64,000 nucleotides of DNA. Origin: an uncultured Bacteroidia bacterium. Its GTDB lineage: Bacteria > Bacteroidota > Bacteroidia > Bacteroidales > CAJPTX01. The notes under the pieces are model-generated. The model was given only the letters and a program-made list of their open reading frames with translations, did not search any database and was not told the DNA's origin. Shown piece after piece: positions 1 through 10,376 of this stretch. Numbering within the stretch: the first letter of the stretch is position 1; each line of letters begins with the position of its first letter. Made by a program: the position numbers and the translations under genes. The stretch spans positions 82,833 to 146,832 of the forward strand of contig CAUUMS010000003.1 of NCBI GenBank assembly GCA_963546395.1. Reading direction: 5' to 3'.

Positions 1-2
1 AG

Positions 3-10
3 TATCTTTG
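3..10 (+). promoter_or_regulatory. Bacteroidota-type -7 promoter box (TAtcTTTG) upstream of tRNA-Gln
   Basis: Exact TAnnTTTG match ending 12 nt before the tRNA 5' end. The window edge prevents checking for a -33 element. Confidence 0.35.
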
Positions 11-21
11 CGCTGGGGAAC

Positions 22-92
22 TGACCCATGGTGTAATGGCAGCACAGCAGATTTTGGTTCTGTTAGTCTAGGTTCGAGTCCTGGTGGGTCAA
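22..92 (+). tRNA. tRNA-Gln (anticodon TTG)
   Basis: Hand-folded cloverleaf. The acceptor stem tgaccca/tgggtca is perfect over 7 bp. D stem is gtgt/gcac. Anticodon stem is gcaga/tctgt with loop ttTTGgt. T arm is ctagg-ttcgagt-cctgg. Length is 71 nt and CCA is not encoded. Confidence 0.85.
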
Positions 93-165
93 CTTTTAGG
101 ACAGGATTTTCGGGGGTGAGGCGCGGGGCGAGTTTTGTGGGTTACACACTAAAACAGCGACGTCT

Positions 166-978
166 ATGAAGCGAAATCTATCCTACCTTCTGCTTTCGGT
201 GGCCGCCGTGCTCGGGGCCGCCAGCGTGCATGCCCAGGAGGCAGACACCATTCCCAGCGGGCGCACGTGCCAGTCGTGCGTGAAGTTCGACTACAGCGTC
301 AAGTTCAAGTCGCGCCACGTGTGGAACGGCCACCAGAGCTGCAATGCGTGGAACTTCCAGCCCAATCTGAACATCTCCTTCAAGGGCCTCTACTTCAACG
401 TGTGGGCCTACACGCCGGTGGCGCCGCTGATGACGCGTAAGCGCATGCTCCCCGACGAGGTGGGCGGGCCAAGCCCCCTGAACACGGAGATCGATTTCAC
501 CCTGGGGTTCGCCTACGGGCCCTTCGCGGTGGAGTACTACGACTTCTTCTACATCGACGAGCAGACGCGGTTCAACTACCTGTTCCGCTGGCGCGAGGCC
601 GACAAGGGGAATCTCCATCAGCAGTGGGCGCAGGTGTGGTTCAACGGCGTGAAGCAATTCCCCGTCAGCATCACGGCCGGGATCTTCACCTTTGGGGACT
701 ACATCGTGCAGGATGGGCAGCTCAAGGAGTGGCACTCCATGTACATCGGCCTGGGGTACACGCACACGCTGCCCACGGGGCAGACGCTGCACTACGAGCT
801 GGGGGGCACGCCCTACAAGGGCTTCCTGGCCAACCAGGCCAACATCTGTAACGTGAAGTTCGCCATCTCGCAGCCGGTGCCCATCACCGATCGCTTTGGG
901 CTCAACCTGGGCGGGGAGCTGATCTTTAACCCTGCGCGTGAGAATGTCTACTTCATCTTCTCGCTAGGTCTGCTTTAG
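166..978 (+). CDS. Secreted or outer-membrane protein of unknown function
   Basis: 270-aa ORF with signal peptide MKRNLSYLLLSVAAVLGAASVHA/QE. Composition is aromatic/Gly-rich and strand-like. No family recognised. Confidence 0.6.
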   Translation: MKRNLSYLLLSVAAVLGAASVHAQEADTIPSGRTCQSCVKFDYSVKFKSRHVWNGHQSCNAWNFQPNLNISFKGLYFNVWAYTPVAPLMTRKRMLPDEVGGPSPLNTEIDFTLGFAYGPFAVEYYDFFYIDEQTRFNYLFRWREADKGNLHQQWAQVWFNGVKQFPVSITAGIFTFGDYIVQDGQLKEWHSMYIGLGYTHTLPTGQTLHYELGGTPYKGFLANQANICNVKFAISQPVPITDRFGLNLGGELIFNPARENVYFIFSLGLL

Positions 979-1110
979 GCGAGGCGGCAACATCGTTGCC
1001 TGGACAATGATACTCCCAGTCCCTCTTCCGCCTTGCGGGGGAGGGACTTCTTTTTGATCTCCTTCCGCATTTTGACAACGGGTATGCGGGACGCACGCCC
1101 CGAGGCGTGC

Positions 1111-1956
1111 TCAGGGTGCAAGGAGTAGCTCCACCTCCTTGAATGCGTAGAGACGTGGTGTGCCGTGACTATCGATGATGCACAGCCGGCCATCGTCTAG
1201 CACATGCGAGATGGTGCCTAGGCCCGTGCCATGCGCATCGCGAAAACGGAGCTGCTCACCGCGACCAAAGAGCCGTTGCTGGTACAGGTGCTGGATTCTG
1301 GGGTGGGCGGGCAACTGTTGGCGCACCATGAGCGCTTGCAGCCAGCGGGCAATGTTCAGCGCGCAGCCCACGGGCTGTGGGGGCTGTGAGGTCTCGAGGG
1401 CCATTGTCGTGGCGGGGTAGTGGTAGCTGAGCTGATGCGGAGCCCGGGGGGCCATGTTCAGCCCGATGCCCACGATAGCCGCCGCGGTGTGTGGGGCCGA
1501 TAGAAAGGTCTCGATGAGGATGCCTGCTATCTTGCGCCGCCGGACGAAGATGTCATTCGGCCACTTGATTTGCGCCTTGACACCCTGCGCTTGGAGCCAT
1601 TGCACCAGGGCCACGGACACCAGCTGCGAGAGGGCGAACAGGTGAGGGAGGCGCACATGCCGGAGGTAGATCGACATGGTGAGATCGCCGGGGAGCGATA
1701 CCCATACGTTGCCCCGCTGCCCTACGCCCGCGGTTTGGCGCCGTGCCACCACTAGGGTGTCGCTCTCAAGGGTGTGGCGACGGGCCCGGAACCACGCATT
1801 GGTGGAGCCCACCTCATCGAGCACAATGAGGCGGAGAGGGCATAGGGCGTAAGGACTTGCGTTGGGCCGTTCCATGGCGGCGAAGGTAGTTAGGTTTGGG
1901 CGACCGATTTCCCAAGGTATTATGTTGCCCCACATAGGGAGGTTATCTGTACGCAT
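1111..1956 (-). CDS. birA: Biotin--[acetyl-CoA-carboxylase] ligase
   Basis: BirA motifs LDEVGSTNAW, GRGQRGN-like (GVGQRGNVW) and KWPNDIF..KIAGILIE. The true start may be an internal Met (M8 or M28). Confidence 0.85.
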   Translation of the reverse strand: MRTDNLPMWGNIIPWEIGRPNLTTFAAMERPNASPYALCPLRLIVLDEVGSTNAWFRARRHTLESDTLVVARRQTAGVGQRGNVWVSLPGDLTMSIYLRHVRLPHLFALSQLVSVALVQWLQAQGVKAQIKWPNDIFVRRRKIAGILIETFLSAPHTAAAIVGIGLNMAPRAPHQLSYHYPATTMALETSQPPQPVGCALNIARWLQALMVRQQLPAHPRIQHLYQQRLFGRGEQLRFRDAHGTGLGTISHVLDDGRLCIIDSHGTPRLYAFKEVELLLAP

Positions 1957-2055
1957 TCTATAATCGGAGGGGGATGCAGAGCCCTATGCTAGCCTGTGCG
2001 GTACATTCCGCTCTGAGGGGCGGAAACTTGCGCATCGGAGTCATTGGGAAAACGC

Positions 2056-2063
2056 TACCTTTG
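2056..2063 (+). promoter_or_regulatory. -7 promoter box TAccTTTG upstream of korA
   Basis: Exact TAnnTTTG in the intergenic region, 120 nt upstream of the korA ATG. Confidence 0.45.
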
Positions 2064-2182
2064 CGGCGCGAATGGGGTGGGGGGAGTGCTCGGGAGGCGA
2101 GGGCCCCATTGGCTGATGCTACCTGGCAGAATATTCAAGCCCACGGGGTGCCCCGTGGAGCCAATAACTAGGATAGAGAGCT

Positions 2183-4030
2183 ATGGGATCAGATAAGCGT
2201 GCGCTGGAGCTCGAGAACGTGGTGATACGTTTCTCGGGGGACTCGGGCGACGGGATGCAGCTGACGGGGACGCTGTTTTCGGACTCGTCGGCCCTGATAG
2301 GCAACGGGGTGAGCACCTTCCCCGATTATCCGGCTGAGATCCGTGCCCCGCAGGGGACGATAGGCGGGGTGTCGGGATTCCAGGTTCACATCGGGAGTCA
2401 GAAGGTGTACACGCCGGGCGACTACTGCGATGTGCTCGTGGCGATGAACCCTGCGGCCCTGAAGGCGAATGCGAAGTGGATGAAGGTGGGCGGGACGATT
2501 CTGTTGGATGCCGACACGTTTATCTCCAAGTGGCTCACCAAGGCTGGTTTCCAGACGGAGGATCCCGTCACGGAGCTGCACCTGGAGGACTACAACGTGG
2601 TGTTTGCGCCCATCACTGAGCTCACCCGCGAGAGTCTGAAGGATTCAGGGCTGGATAACAAGAGCATCATTCGGTGTAAGAACATGTTTGCGCTGGGGAT
2701 GCTCTTCTTCATGTTCGACCGGCCCATGGAGCACGCTGAGCGTTACTTCGTGCAGAAGTTCCGCAAGCGCCCCGAGCTGGCTGAGGCGAACAAGAAGGTG
2801 CTGCACGACGGGTACAACTACGCATCCAACGTGCATGCGATAGCCAACACGTACGAGGTGCCACGGGCTGAGGTGCGGGAGCATGGTCGCTACCGTAACA
2901 TCAGCGGGAACGTGGCCACGGCCTGGGGGCTGATGGCCGCGGCGGAGAAGGCGCACCTGCCGCTCTTCTGCGGTTCGTACCCCATAACGCCTGCCACCGA
3001 CATCTTGGTGGAGCTGGCCAAGCGCAAGGATCTGGGCGTGAAAACGTTGCAGGCTGAGGATGAGATTGCCGGTATCTGCACGTCGATTGGCGCAGCCTTT
3101 GCGGGTAACTTTGCGGTGACGACCACCTCGGGGCCTGGCCTCTCGCTCAAGAGTGAGGCGTTGGGTTTGGCCGTGATGACGGAGCTGCCGCTCGTGGTGG
3201 TGGATGTGCAGCGCGGTGGGCCCTCCACGGGATTACCCACCAAGACGGAGCAGTCCGACCTATACCAGGCCCTCTGGGGACGCAACGGGGAGTGCCCCAT
3301 TGTGGTTATGGCGGCCAAGAGTCCTAGCGATTGCTTCGATATGGCCTTCATGGCGAGCCGGGTGGCGTTGGAGCGCATGACCCCGGTGGTGCTGCTGACG
3401 GACGGTTTCATAGCTAATGGGTCGCAGCCGTGGCGTATTCCCTCGATGAAGGATTACCCCGAGATTCATCCGCCCATTGCGGCACCGAATGAGGACGGGT
3501 CGCGCTTTATGCCCTACAAGCGTAATGAGAATCTGGCGCGCTCTTGGGCCTTCCCGGGCATCAAGGGCCTCGAGCACCGTATCGGTGGGCTGGAGAAGGA
3601 TGCGCTGAAGGGGTCGGTGTCGCACGATCCGCAGAACCACCAGGTGATGGTGGAGACCCGGGCGGCGAAGGTGGCAAAGGTGCAGGATATGCTGCCCAAG
3701 CAGGAGCTGGAGGGCGATTCCACGGGCGATGTGCTGGTGGTGAGCTGGGGGGGCACCTATGGTCACACGCTGAGCGCAGTGCGCGAGGTGCGGGCCAAGG
3801 GCAAGAAGGTGTCGCTGTGCCACATCTCGTTCATCAACCCGCTGCCGGCCAATCTGGGGGAAATCTTCAAAGGATTCAAGAAGATCCTGGTGTGCGAGCT
3901 CAACATGGGGCAGCTGGCCGGCTACCTGCGCATGGAGTTCCCGGGCTGCAATTTCGAGCAGCTCAACAAGGTGAAGGGGCTGCCATTCACGGTGGTAGAG
4001 ATCGCCGAGCGTATCAATCAAATGCTATAA
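2183..4030 (+). CDS. korA: 2-oxoglutarate/2-oxoacid:ferredoxin oxidoreductase, alpha subunit (fused gamma-alpha type)
   Basis: 615 aa with typical KorA/OorA sequence (FSGDSGDGMQLTG, GSYPITPATDIL, VVVDVQRGGPSTGLPTK). Immediately followed by the beta subunit. Confidence 0.9.
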   Translation: MGSDKRALELENVVIRFSGDSGDGMQLTGTLFSDSSALIGNGVSTFPDYPAEIRAPQGTIGGVSGFQVHIGSQKVYTPGDYCDVLVAMNPAALKANAKWMKVGGTILLDADTFISKWLTKAGFQTEDPVTELHLEDYNVVFAPITELTRESLKDSGLDNKSIIRCKNMFALGMLFFMFDRPMEHAERYFVQKFRKRPELAEANKKVLHDGYNYASNVHAIANTYEVPRAEVREHGRYRNISGNVATAWGLMAAAEKAHLPLFCGSYPITPATDILVELAKRKDLGVKTLQAEDEIAGICTSIGAAFAGNFAVTTTSGPGLSLKSEALGLAVMTELPLVVVDVQRGGPSTGLPTKTEQSDLYQALWGRNGECPIVVMAAKSPSDCFDMAFMASRVALERMTPVVLLTDGFIANGSQPWRIPSMKDYPEIHPPIAAPNEDGSRFMPYKRNENLARSWAFPGIKGLEHRIGGLEKDALKGSVSHDPQNHQVMVETRAAKVAKVQDMLPKQELEGDSTGDVLVVSWGGTYGHTLSAVREVRAKGKKVSLCHISFINPLPANLGEIFKGFKKILVCELNMGQLAGYLRMEFPGCNFEQLNKVKGLPFTVVEIAERINQML

Positions 4031-4042
4031 GGGGGCAATACC

Positions 4043-5065
4043 ATGGCAAATTGCAAGTACACGGTCAACGATTTCAAGAGTGACCAGGAGGTGCGGTGGT
4101 GCCCCGGGTGCGGGGATCATGCGATTCTTGCGTCGGTGCAGAAGGCGTTCCCGCATATTGCCGAGGCGCTGGGCTATGACAAAGAGCGTTTCGTGGTGAT
4201 CTCGGGTATCGGCTGCTCTAGCCGCTTCCCGTACTACATGGACACGTTTGGCTTCCACTCCATACATGGTCGTGCCACGGCCATCTCGACGGGGGTGAAG
4301 GTGGCGAATCCTCGCGAGAGCGTGTGGCAGGTGACCGGGGACGGGGATGCGCTCGCCATCGGTGGTAACCACTTCATCCATGCGGTGCGTCGCAACATCG
4401 ACATTAACATCCTGCTGTTCAACAACGAGATCTACGGTCTCACCAAGGGGCAGTATAGCCCCACCTCCAAGCTGGGGGCTGTGACGAAGACCTCGCCTTA
4501 CGGCACCGTGGAGCAGCCCTTTACGCCGGGCCAGCTGGTGATAGGTGCCAAGGGGAACTTCTTCGCCCGCTCGCTCGACGTGGAGATGGCCCTCTCGTCG
4601 GAGATTATGCTCGAGGCGGCGCGGCACGATGGGACATCGGTGATAGAGTTCCTCCAGAACTGCGTGATATTCAACGATGGAGCCTACTCATCGATCTCGG
4701 ATAAGGCGGTGCGTGAGGATCGGGTCATCTACCTGAAGCATGGGGAGCCGATGGTGTTCGGCAAGAATCGTGACAAGGGGCTCATCCTGGATGGCTTCTC
4801 GCTCCGGGCTGTGACGCTGGGGCAGGATGGCTACACGGAGGAGAATATTCTGCGGCACAATGCGCACGAGGTGAGCACGGGGCTTCACATGCTGCTGGCT
4901 GAGATGCAGTACCCCGATTTGCCCGTGGCGCTGGGCGTGATACGCGACGTGGCCTCGCCCACCTACGACGACCTGGTGGAGTTGCAGGTGCAGGAGGTGA
5001 AGGCTAAGTCGAAGCTCAGCTGCATGGATGATCTGCTCATGAGCGGGGAGACCTACGAGCTGTAA
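4043..5065 (+). CDS. korB: 2-oxoglutarate/2-oxoacid:ferredoxin oxidoreductase, beta (TPP-binding) subunit
   Basis: N-terminal WCPGCGDH and TPP motif GDGDALAIGGNHF...LLFNNEIYGLTKGQ. Lies 12 nt downstream of korA. Confidence 0.9.
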   Translation: MANCKYTVNDFKSDQEVRWCPGCGDHAILASVQKAFPHIAEALGYDKERFVVISGIGCSSRFPYYMDTFGFHSIHGRATAISTGVKVANPRESVWQVTGDGDALAIGGNHFIHAVRRNIDINILLFNNEIYGLTKGQYSPTSKLGAVTKTSPYGTVEQPFTPGQLVIGAKGNFFARSLDVEMALSSEIMLEAARHDGTSVIEFLQNCVIFNDGAYSSISDKAVREDRVIYLKHGEPMVFGKNRDKGLILDGFSLRAVTLGQDGYTEENILRHNAHEVSTGLHMLLAEMQYPDLPVALGVIRDVASPTYDDLVELQVQEVKAKSKLSCMDDLLMSGETYEL

Positions 5066-5112
5066 GCATGCGTCTTGGGTGCACCTGGTGCCCCGAGATT
5101 AGAATCGATAGA

Positions 5113-5145
5113 GGGGGTGTCCACCAACGGGTGGATGCCCCCTTT
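5113..5145 (+). terminator. Intrinsic terminator after korB
   Basis: 13-bp stem gggggtgtccacc/ggtggatgccccc (two G-U pairs), loop aacg, followed by ttt. Confidence 0.6.
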
Positions 5146-5228
5146 GCTGTCTTAAGACCATCGGAATGTGTGGATGGGAAAGGGGCGACTTCGGCGGGTG
5201 CGCAAACGGGAATCCCATGGGAAAGTGC

Positions 5229-5236
5229 TAGCTTTG
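5229..5236 (+). promoter_or_regulatory. -7 promoter box TAgcTTTG
   Basis: Exact TAnnTTTG 56 nt upstream of the 5292 ATG. Confidence 0.35.
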
Positions 5237-5291
5237 CACTGGTGAGGGTGTGGGCTCGGTGGGGAATGACTAACGCTGGGAGACCTGGGAG

Positions 5292-5870
5292 ATGAAGCTA
5301 TTGCTCGGTATCCTGATCACTGTCGGGGTGCTCGTGTATGAGGCCATGCAGAAGCGGGCCAAGTTGCAGCGTGCTAAGGAGGCTGAGGCTGCGCGGATGG
5401 ATGCCATGCTGCGGGAAGCCGAGGAAGAGGCCAGGCGGGAAATGTCATCTACCGCCTCGGAGCGTCTGGAGAGGCGCATTGTGAATCTGACAGAGGAGGA
5501 GCCCCAGCGCGCCGAGTCAGCGAGCATTGCATCGGGCATATCGGATTTTGAGGGGCAGGGGATCCTGTTCGAGTCGGTGGAGTCGCACCCCAGCGTGGAG
5601 TCGGCACCAGCCCTAGACAGGGCGGGAGAGTACGAGCGGCAGCAGGCGTACGATTTCTCTGGGCAGATGGAGGGGCGATGGCAGGCGGCTGCGTCGGAGG
5701 ACGCGAGCGAGCAGCCCGAGATGCATCCTGAGGTGGAGACGTTTGACGATGCGGCGGAGCCAGGCACTCGCTTCCGGATCAACCTGCGGGATGCCATACT
5801 TTACGATGCCATACTAAATCCGCCTTACACCCGGGCGCGGATGCTGCGCATGGGGCGACAGGCTGTTTAG
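5292..5870 (+). CDS. Membrane-anchored acidic protein, unknown function
   Basis: 192 aa. It has an N-terminal TM helix (LLLGILITVGVLVY), then a charged coiled-coil-like stretch and an acidic tail. Its stop overlaps the convergent comM stop (TTAG). Confidence 0.5.
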   Translation: MKLLLGILITVGVLVYEAMQKRAKLQRAKEAEAARMDAMLREAEEEARREMSSTASERLERRIVNLTEEEPQRAESASIASGISDFEGQGILFESVESHPSVESAPALDRAGEYERQQAYDFSGQMEGRWQAAASEDASEQPEMHPEVETFDDAAEPGTRFRINLRDAILYDAILNPPYTRARMLRMGRQAV

Positions 5871-7405
5871 CTGGCCCAGTTCTCCCGGTCGAGAGTTCGG
5901 TACTGAATGGCCTCGGCGAGGTGGGTGGCGTCTATGTTCTCCACGCCCTCGAGGTCGGCGATGGTGCGCGACACTTTCAGGATGCGATCGTAGGCCCTGG
6001 CGGAGAGGGAGAGCCGCTCCATGGCGTATTTTAGGAGCTTGAGGCAATCGGCATCGAGCTGGCACACCTGCTGGATGTGCGAGGTGGTCATCTGCGCATT
6101 GCAGGAGATGCCGGTGGACTGAAACCGCTCCTCTTGGATCTTTCGGGCCCGGACGACGCGCTCACGGATGGTGGCACTGGAGTCGCTGGTGGGGGTCTGC
6201 GCTAGCTTCTCGAAGGGGACGGGGATGACCTCGACGTGAATGTCGATGCGATCGAGGAGCGGGCCTGAGATCTTGTTGAGGTAACGTTGCACGATGCCCG
6301 GCGTGCAGACGCACTCTTTGGTGGGGTGGTTGAAGTAGCCGCAGGGGCAGGGATTCATGGAGGCGATGAGCATGAACGAGGCGGGGTACTCCACGCTGCT
6401 TTTGGCCCGTGAGATGGTGATGCATCGCTCCTCGAGGGGCTGCCGCATGACCTCCAGCACGGTGCGCTTGAATTCGGGTAGCTCATCGAGAAATAGCACC
6501 CCGTTGTGCGCTAGGGAGATTTCCCCGGGCTGAGGGAATGGCCCCCCGCCCACCAGGGCCACATCGCTGATGGTGTGGTGCGGATTGCGGAAGGGACGCT
6601 CTGTCATGAGGCCCTTGCCGGGTGGGAGTCGCCCTACCACGGAGTGTATCTTGGTGGTGTCGAGGGCCTCACGGAGGGTTAACGGGGGCAGTATCGTGGC
6701 CAAGCGTTTCGCCAGCATCGTCTTGCCAGCACCCGGAGGGCCCACCATGATGAGATTGTGACCGCCAGCCGCAGCCACCTCCATGGCTCGCTTGACATTC
6801 TCCTGCCCTTTGACGTCGGCAAAGTCGATGTCATACGAGTTGCAGTGGTCGGCGAAATGCTGTCGGGTGTCAGTCCTAACGAGCTCAAGCGCGGATTCTT
6901 CGCCGAGGAAAAAGCGTACGACTTGCGCAAGGTTATCGGCAGCGTACACGTTGAGGTTGTTGACTACGGCTGCTTCAGCCGCATTTTGCCGGGGGACGAT
7001 GAGGCCCTTGAAGGACTCCTCGCGGGCCTGTATGGCCATGGGAAGGACCCCTTTGATGGGCTGTAGGGTTCCGTCGAGCGAGAGTTCGCCCATGATGACG
7101 AAGCCCCCTAGCTGCTCGGCGGGGATCTGCTCTGAGGCCGCAAGAATGCCGATGGCGAGCGGGAGATCGTAGGCGGCCCCCTCTTTTCGGATGTCAGCTG
7201 GGGCCATGTTGATGACGATGGCTTTGCGGGGGAAGGCGTAGCCGTTGGAGGCGAACGAGGAGCGTATGCGATGCTCGCTCTCTTTGACGGCGTTGTCTGG
7301 GAGCCCCACGAGATAGAGCTTGATGCCCGGTGAGAGGACGACCTCGATGGTGATGGTGAGGGCCTTGATGCCGTGCACGGAACTCCCGAATGTCTTGACT
7401 AGCAT
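5867..7405 (-). CDS. comM: YifB/ComM family Mg-chelatase-like ATPase
   Basis: Family-typical N-terminus MLVKTFGSSVHGI, Lon-like domain, Walker A GPPGAGKT, and C-terminal ...AEAIQYR. The 662-aa track ORF is trimmed to Met151 because the upstream 150 aa are low-complexity and overlap the rsfS promoter region. Confidence 0.9.
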   Translation of the reverse strand: MLVKTFGSSVHGIKALTITIEVVLSPGIKLYLVGLPDNAVKESEHRIRSSFASNGYAFPRKAIVINMAPADIRKEGAAYDLPLAIGILAASEQIPAEQLGGFVIMGELSLDGTLQPIKGVLPMAIQAREESFKGLIVPRQNAAEAAVVNNLNVYAADNLAQVVRFFLGEESALELVRTDTRQHFADHCNSYDIDFADVKGQENVKRAMEVAAAGGHNLIMVGPPGAGKTMLAKRLATILPPLTLREALDTTKIHSVVGRLPPGKGLMTERPFRNPHHTISDVALVGGGPFPQPGEISLAHNGVLFLDELPEFKRTVLEVMRQPLEERCITISRAKSSVEYPASFMLIASMNPCPCGYFNHPTKECVCTPGIVQRYLNKISGPLLDRIDIHVEVIPVPFEKLAQTPTSDSSATIRERVVRARKIQEERFQSTGISCNAQMTTSHIQQVCQLDADCLKLLKYAMERLSLSARAYDRILKVSRTIADLEGVENIDATHLAEAIQYRTLDRENWAS

Positions 7406-7437
7406 GTGCAGGGAATCGTTGCGGAGTTGGACTCTTG

Positions 7438-7445
7438 CAAAGGTA
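7438..7445 (-). promoter_or_regulatory. -7 promoter box (TAccTTTG on the minus strand) for comM
   Basis: caaaggta on the plus strand, 33 nt upstream of the comM start at 7405. Confidence 0.4.
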
Positions 7446-7617
7446 GCCAAATCGGGCCGGATTACAAGGGGGAGAGCAATCGTATTTTGGGGCTCTGCCT
7501 TTGCGCCTCGCGGGAGGGACGCTTGTGAACCAGTGGGAGATATTTTCTGTTTGCTTGTAAAGTGCAAGAGGGGGCGCAGCGTCGCTATTGGCAAGCCGTC
7601 CAGTCTCGTTTTTTCGC

Positions 7618-7625
7618 TACCTTTG
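7618..7625 (+). promoter_or_regulatory. -7 promoter box TAccTTTG for rsfS-ftsH
   Basis: Exact TAnnTTTG 69 nt upstream of the rsfS ATG at 7694. Confidence 0.45.
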
Positions 7626-7693
7626 CATTTCGCATACTGGGGGTGGGTGCCCTGCGGTTTGCAGGATGTGGCATTGTCATTCGAAGAGACCCC

Positions 7694-8065
7694 ATGGTAG
7701 AGAAGCAGGAATCGCGTGTGCAGCAGCTCATACAGGAGGTGATATCGGCCATGCAGGCCAAAAAGGGGCAGCGTGTGGTGCTGCTTGACCTGCGGGGGAT
7801 CGAGAAGGCTGTGTGTGACTACTTTATCATCTGTAGCGCGGACACGCCCCCGCACATCAGGGCCCTAGCGGATGAGGCGGAAGATCGAGTGGCCTCGGCC
7901 ACTGGGGAATGGCCATGGCGCTCGTCGGGCCGCGAGGGGGCGCTGTGGATAGTGATCGATTACATCGACGTGGTGGTGCACGTGATGACGAACGAGACCC
8001 GAGAATTCTACGGCCTAGAGGATCTCTGGGCCGATGCGGTCCGCACGGAGTTTGCGGATGAGTAA
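7694..8065 (+). CDS. rsfS: Ribosome silencing factor RsfS (Iojap family)
   Basis: The 123-aa product from Met45 of the track ORF has RsfS-like sequence (LDLRGIEKAVCDYFIICSADTPPHIRALADE...WIVIDYIDVVVHVM). Confidence 0.85.
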   Translation: MVEKQESRVQQLIQEVISAMQAKKGQRVVLLDLRGIEKAVCDYFIICSADTPPHIRALADEAEDRVASATGEWPWRSSGREGALWIVIDYIDVVVHVMTNETREFYGLEDLWADAVRTEFADE

Positions 8066-8149
8066 GGGGGAACGGCCTCCAGACCTGCCGGGGAGCGCAC
8101 GACGTGGGGGCTTTCCGTTTCGGTGTTCAAATCCAAGTGGGACTGACCA

Positions 8150-10168
8150 ATGAGTAATAGCACGCAGACTCCAGATTCGCCAGGGGCGAAGAGTCGCCTG
8201 TTTCGTCGTAATAATATCTTCCTGTTCTACGCGCTCCTCCTCGTGGGGGTCTTTGCGGTCAATCTGTTCTACAATGACGCAAAGCCCGTGGAGACGAACT
8301 GGCCGGACGTGCGTCTGAAGATGCTCGATAGGGGCTACGTCTCCCGGCTGATCGGGGTGCGCAACAAGGGGATCATCGAGGTGTACCTCAGCGCGGAGGG
8401 CTTTGAGCACATGAAGGCGCAGCTGGGGAGTAAGCGGGCTTACGATGCGGATGCCCCTCAGTACTATTTCAATGTTGGCTCTTTCGATGCCTTTGAGCAG
8501 CAGCTGGCCGAGGCGCAGCGTGATGTGCCGGTGGAGAAGCAGGTGTACCCCGTGTATGAGGAGCGGCCGGATTACCTGTCGGGCATCCTGACGTGGGTGC
8601 TCCCCTTCCTGCTGATTATCGGGGTGTGGGTGTTTATCCTACGCCGAATGGGTAAGTCGGCAGGCGCAGGGGGCGGGGCGAATATCTTCAATATCGGTCG
8701 CTCCAAGGCTAAGCTGTTCAACAAGGAGGACTACGTGAAGGTAGACTTCAAGGATGTGGCTGGTCTGGAGGATGCAAAGATCGAGTTGCAGGAGATCGTG
8801 GATTTCCTGATGAACCCGAAGAGATATACCGACTTGGGCGGGAAGATCCCCAAGGGTGCGCTTCTGGTGGGCCCTCCTGGGACGGGTAAGACGCTTCTAG
8901 CGAAAGCGGTGGCTGGAGAGGCTAACGTGCCATTCTTCAGCCTGTCGGGATCCGATTTCGTGGAGATGTTCGTGGGGGTTGGGGCTTCCCGCGTGCGCGA
9001 CCTCTTCAAGCAGGCTAAGGAGAAGGCCCCATGCATCATCTTCATCGACGAGATAGATGCCATCGGCCGTTCGCGGACACGGAATGTGGCCTTCTCGAGT
9101 GCCGAGGAGCGGGAGAACACGCTGAACCAGCTGCTCACGGAGATGGATGGTTTCAGCACCAACCAGGGGGTGATAGTGCTTGCGGCCACCAACCGAGCCG
9201 ATGTGCTGGATGCGGCCCTACTGCGGGCTGGGCGATTCGACAGGCAGATTCATGTGGAGCTACCCGATATGGCTGAGCGTTTGGCGATCTTCCGGGTGCA
9301 CATGAGGCCGCTGCGATTGGCCCCCGACTTCGATCCGACCTTTTTGGCCAAACAGACCCCAGGGTTCTCGGGGGCCGATATTGCCAATGTGTGCAATGAG
9401 GCGGCACTGATAGCCGCGCGTAATAACCACGAGAGCGTGGGGCGCAAGGATTTCCTCGATGCGGTGGATCGCATTGTGGGCGGATTGGAGCGTAAGACCA
9501 AGATTCTGACCCCTGAGGAGCGGCGTAAGGTGGCCTTCCATGAGGCTGGACATGCCACGGTGAGCTGGCTGTTGGAGCATGCTAGCCCGCTGTTGAAGGT
9601 GTCGATAATACCTCGTGGTCGCTCGCTGGGGGCTGCATGGTATGTGCCTGAAGAGCGGCAGTTGACGACGACGGAGCAGATGTTTGAGGAGATGTGTGCT
9701 CTGCTCGGGGGTCGGGCTGCGGAGGATGTGGTGTTCGGGGAGATATCCACGGGGGCTCTGAATGACTTGGAGCGCGTGAACAAGATGGCCTACGCCATGG
9801 TGGCCTACTACGGCATGGCCGATGGGCTGCGCAACAGGAGCTATTTTGATTCGTCGGGGAATGCGGAGTACCCGTTCTCTAAGCCCTACAGCGAGAGCAC
9901 TGCGCAGCAGATAGATGCTAGGGTGGGTGAGCTGATAGACAAGGCTTACGCAAGGGCGGTGTCGATCCTTTCGGAGCACAGGGATGACCTGACAACCCTG
10001 GCGGAACGCTTGCTCAAGGAGGAGATCCTGTTTGCAGATGATCTTGAGCAGATCTACGGTAAGCGGCCCGGAGGGGGACAGATGGACACCTTCGTGACGG
10101 GCGCAGAGCCCGAGGGGGATAATTCGGCTGACACGGAGAAGGCATCTGATGGCACAGGGAACGATTGA
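8150..10168 (+). CDS. ftsH: ATP-dependent zinc metalloprotease FtsH
   Basis: Walker A GPPGTGKT, Walker [10 protein letters not shown], the SRH region, and zinc motif HEAGH. Confidence 0.95.
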   Translation: MSNSTQTPDSPGAKSRLFRRNNIFLFYALLLVGVFAVNLFYNDAKPVETNWPDVRLKMLDRGYVSRLIGVRNKGIIEVYLSAEGFEHMKAQLGSKRAYDADAPQYYFNVGSFDAFEQQLAEAQRDVPVEKQVYPVYEERPDYLSGILTWVLPFLLIIGVWVFILRRMGKSAGAGGGANIFNIGRSKAKLFNKEDYVKVDFKDVAGLEDAKIELQEIVDFLMNPKRYTDLGGKIPKGALLVGPPGTGKTLLAKAVAGEANVPFFSLSGSDFVEMFVGVGASRVRDLFKQAKEKAPCIIFIDEIDAIGRSRTRNVAFSSAEERENTLNQLLTEMDGFSTNQGVIVLAATNRADVLDAALLRAGRFDRQIHVELPDMAERLAIFRVHMRPLRLAPDFDPTFLAKQTPGFSGADIANVCNEAALIAARNNHESVGRKDFLDAVDRIVGGLERKTKILTPEERRKVAFHEAGHATVSWLLEHASPLLKVSIIPRGRSLGAAWYVPEERQLTTTEQMFEEMCALLGGRAAEDVVFGEISTGALNDLERVNKMAYAMVAYYGMADGLRNRSYFDSSGNAEYPFSKPYSESTAQQIDARVGELIDKAYARAVSILSEHRDDLTTLAERLLKEEILFADDLEQIYGKRPGGGQMDTFVTGAEPEGDNSADTEKASDGTGND

Positions 10169-10376
10169 TCATCAAGGCGATTGGGTGAAGCTCTGTGAGC
10201 TGCCAGATCGGGTGCGTGCCACGATGGCGCAGGATCTGCTGGCCTCGGGCGACATCGAGAGCATGCTGGTGGATCAGACGGATTCTATGTACCCCATGAT
10301 AGGCACGGTGAGCCTGTATGTGCGGGCTGGTGATCGGGAGTGTGCGCAACAACTATTGGAGGGCTTTCAGCATTGA
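10149..10376 (+). CDS. Small DUF2007-like (putative signal-transducing) protein
   Basis: 75 aa with the pattern W..L......A.....L...GI......D....P......V.V.........A..LL. It overlaps the ftsH end by 20 nt and the cdsA start region. Confidence 0.55.
   Translation: MAQGTIDHQGDWVKLCELPDRVRATMAQDLLASGDIESMLVDQTDSMYPMIGTVSLYVRAGDRECAQQLLEGFQH

Noticed and set aside
178-792. A long antisense ORF (204 aa) opposite the 166..978 gene. Many similar ones appear in the track, e.g. 3260..4021(-), 9260..9979(-), 16707..17624(-), 32359..33144(-), 45618..46661(-) and 59678..60772(-).
   Set aside because: They lie opposite genes with unambiguous family motifs and have the Arg/Pro/Gly/His-rich composition typical of shadow frames in high-GC DNA. 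None shows a recognisable motif.
7406-7855. A 150-aa N-terminal extension of the comM ORF. Similar extensions occur for lepA (31504), pssA (to 31633), dsbD (to 21227), rsfS (7562) and recX (34550).
   Set aside because: The extensions are low-complexity and run through divergent promoter regions that contain TAnnTTTG boxes. The family-typical N-termini begin at internal Met codons.
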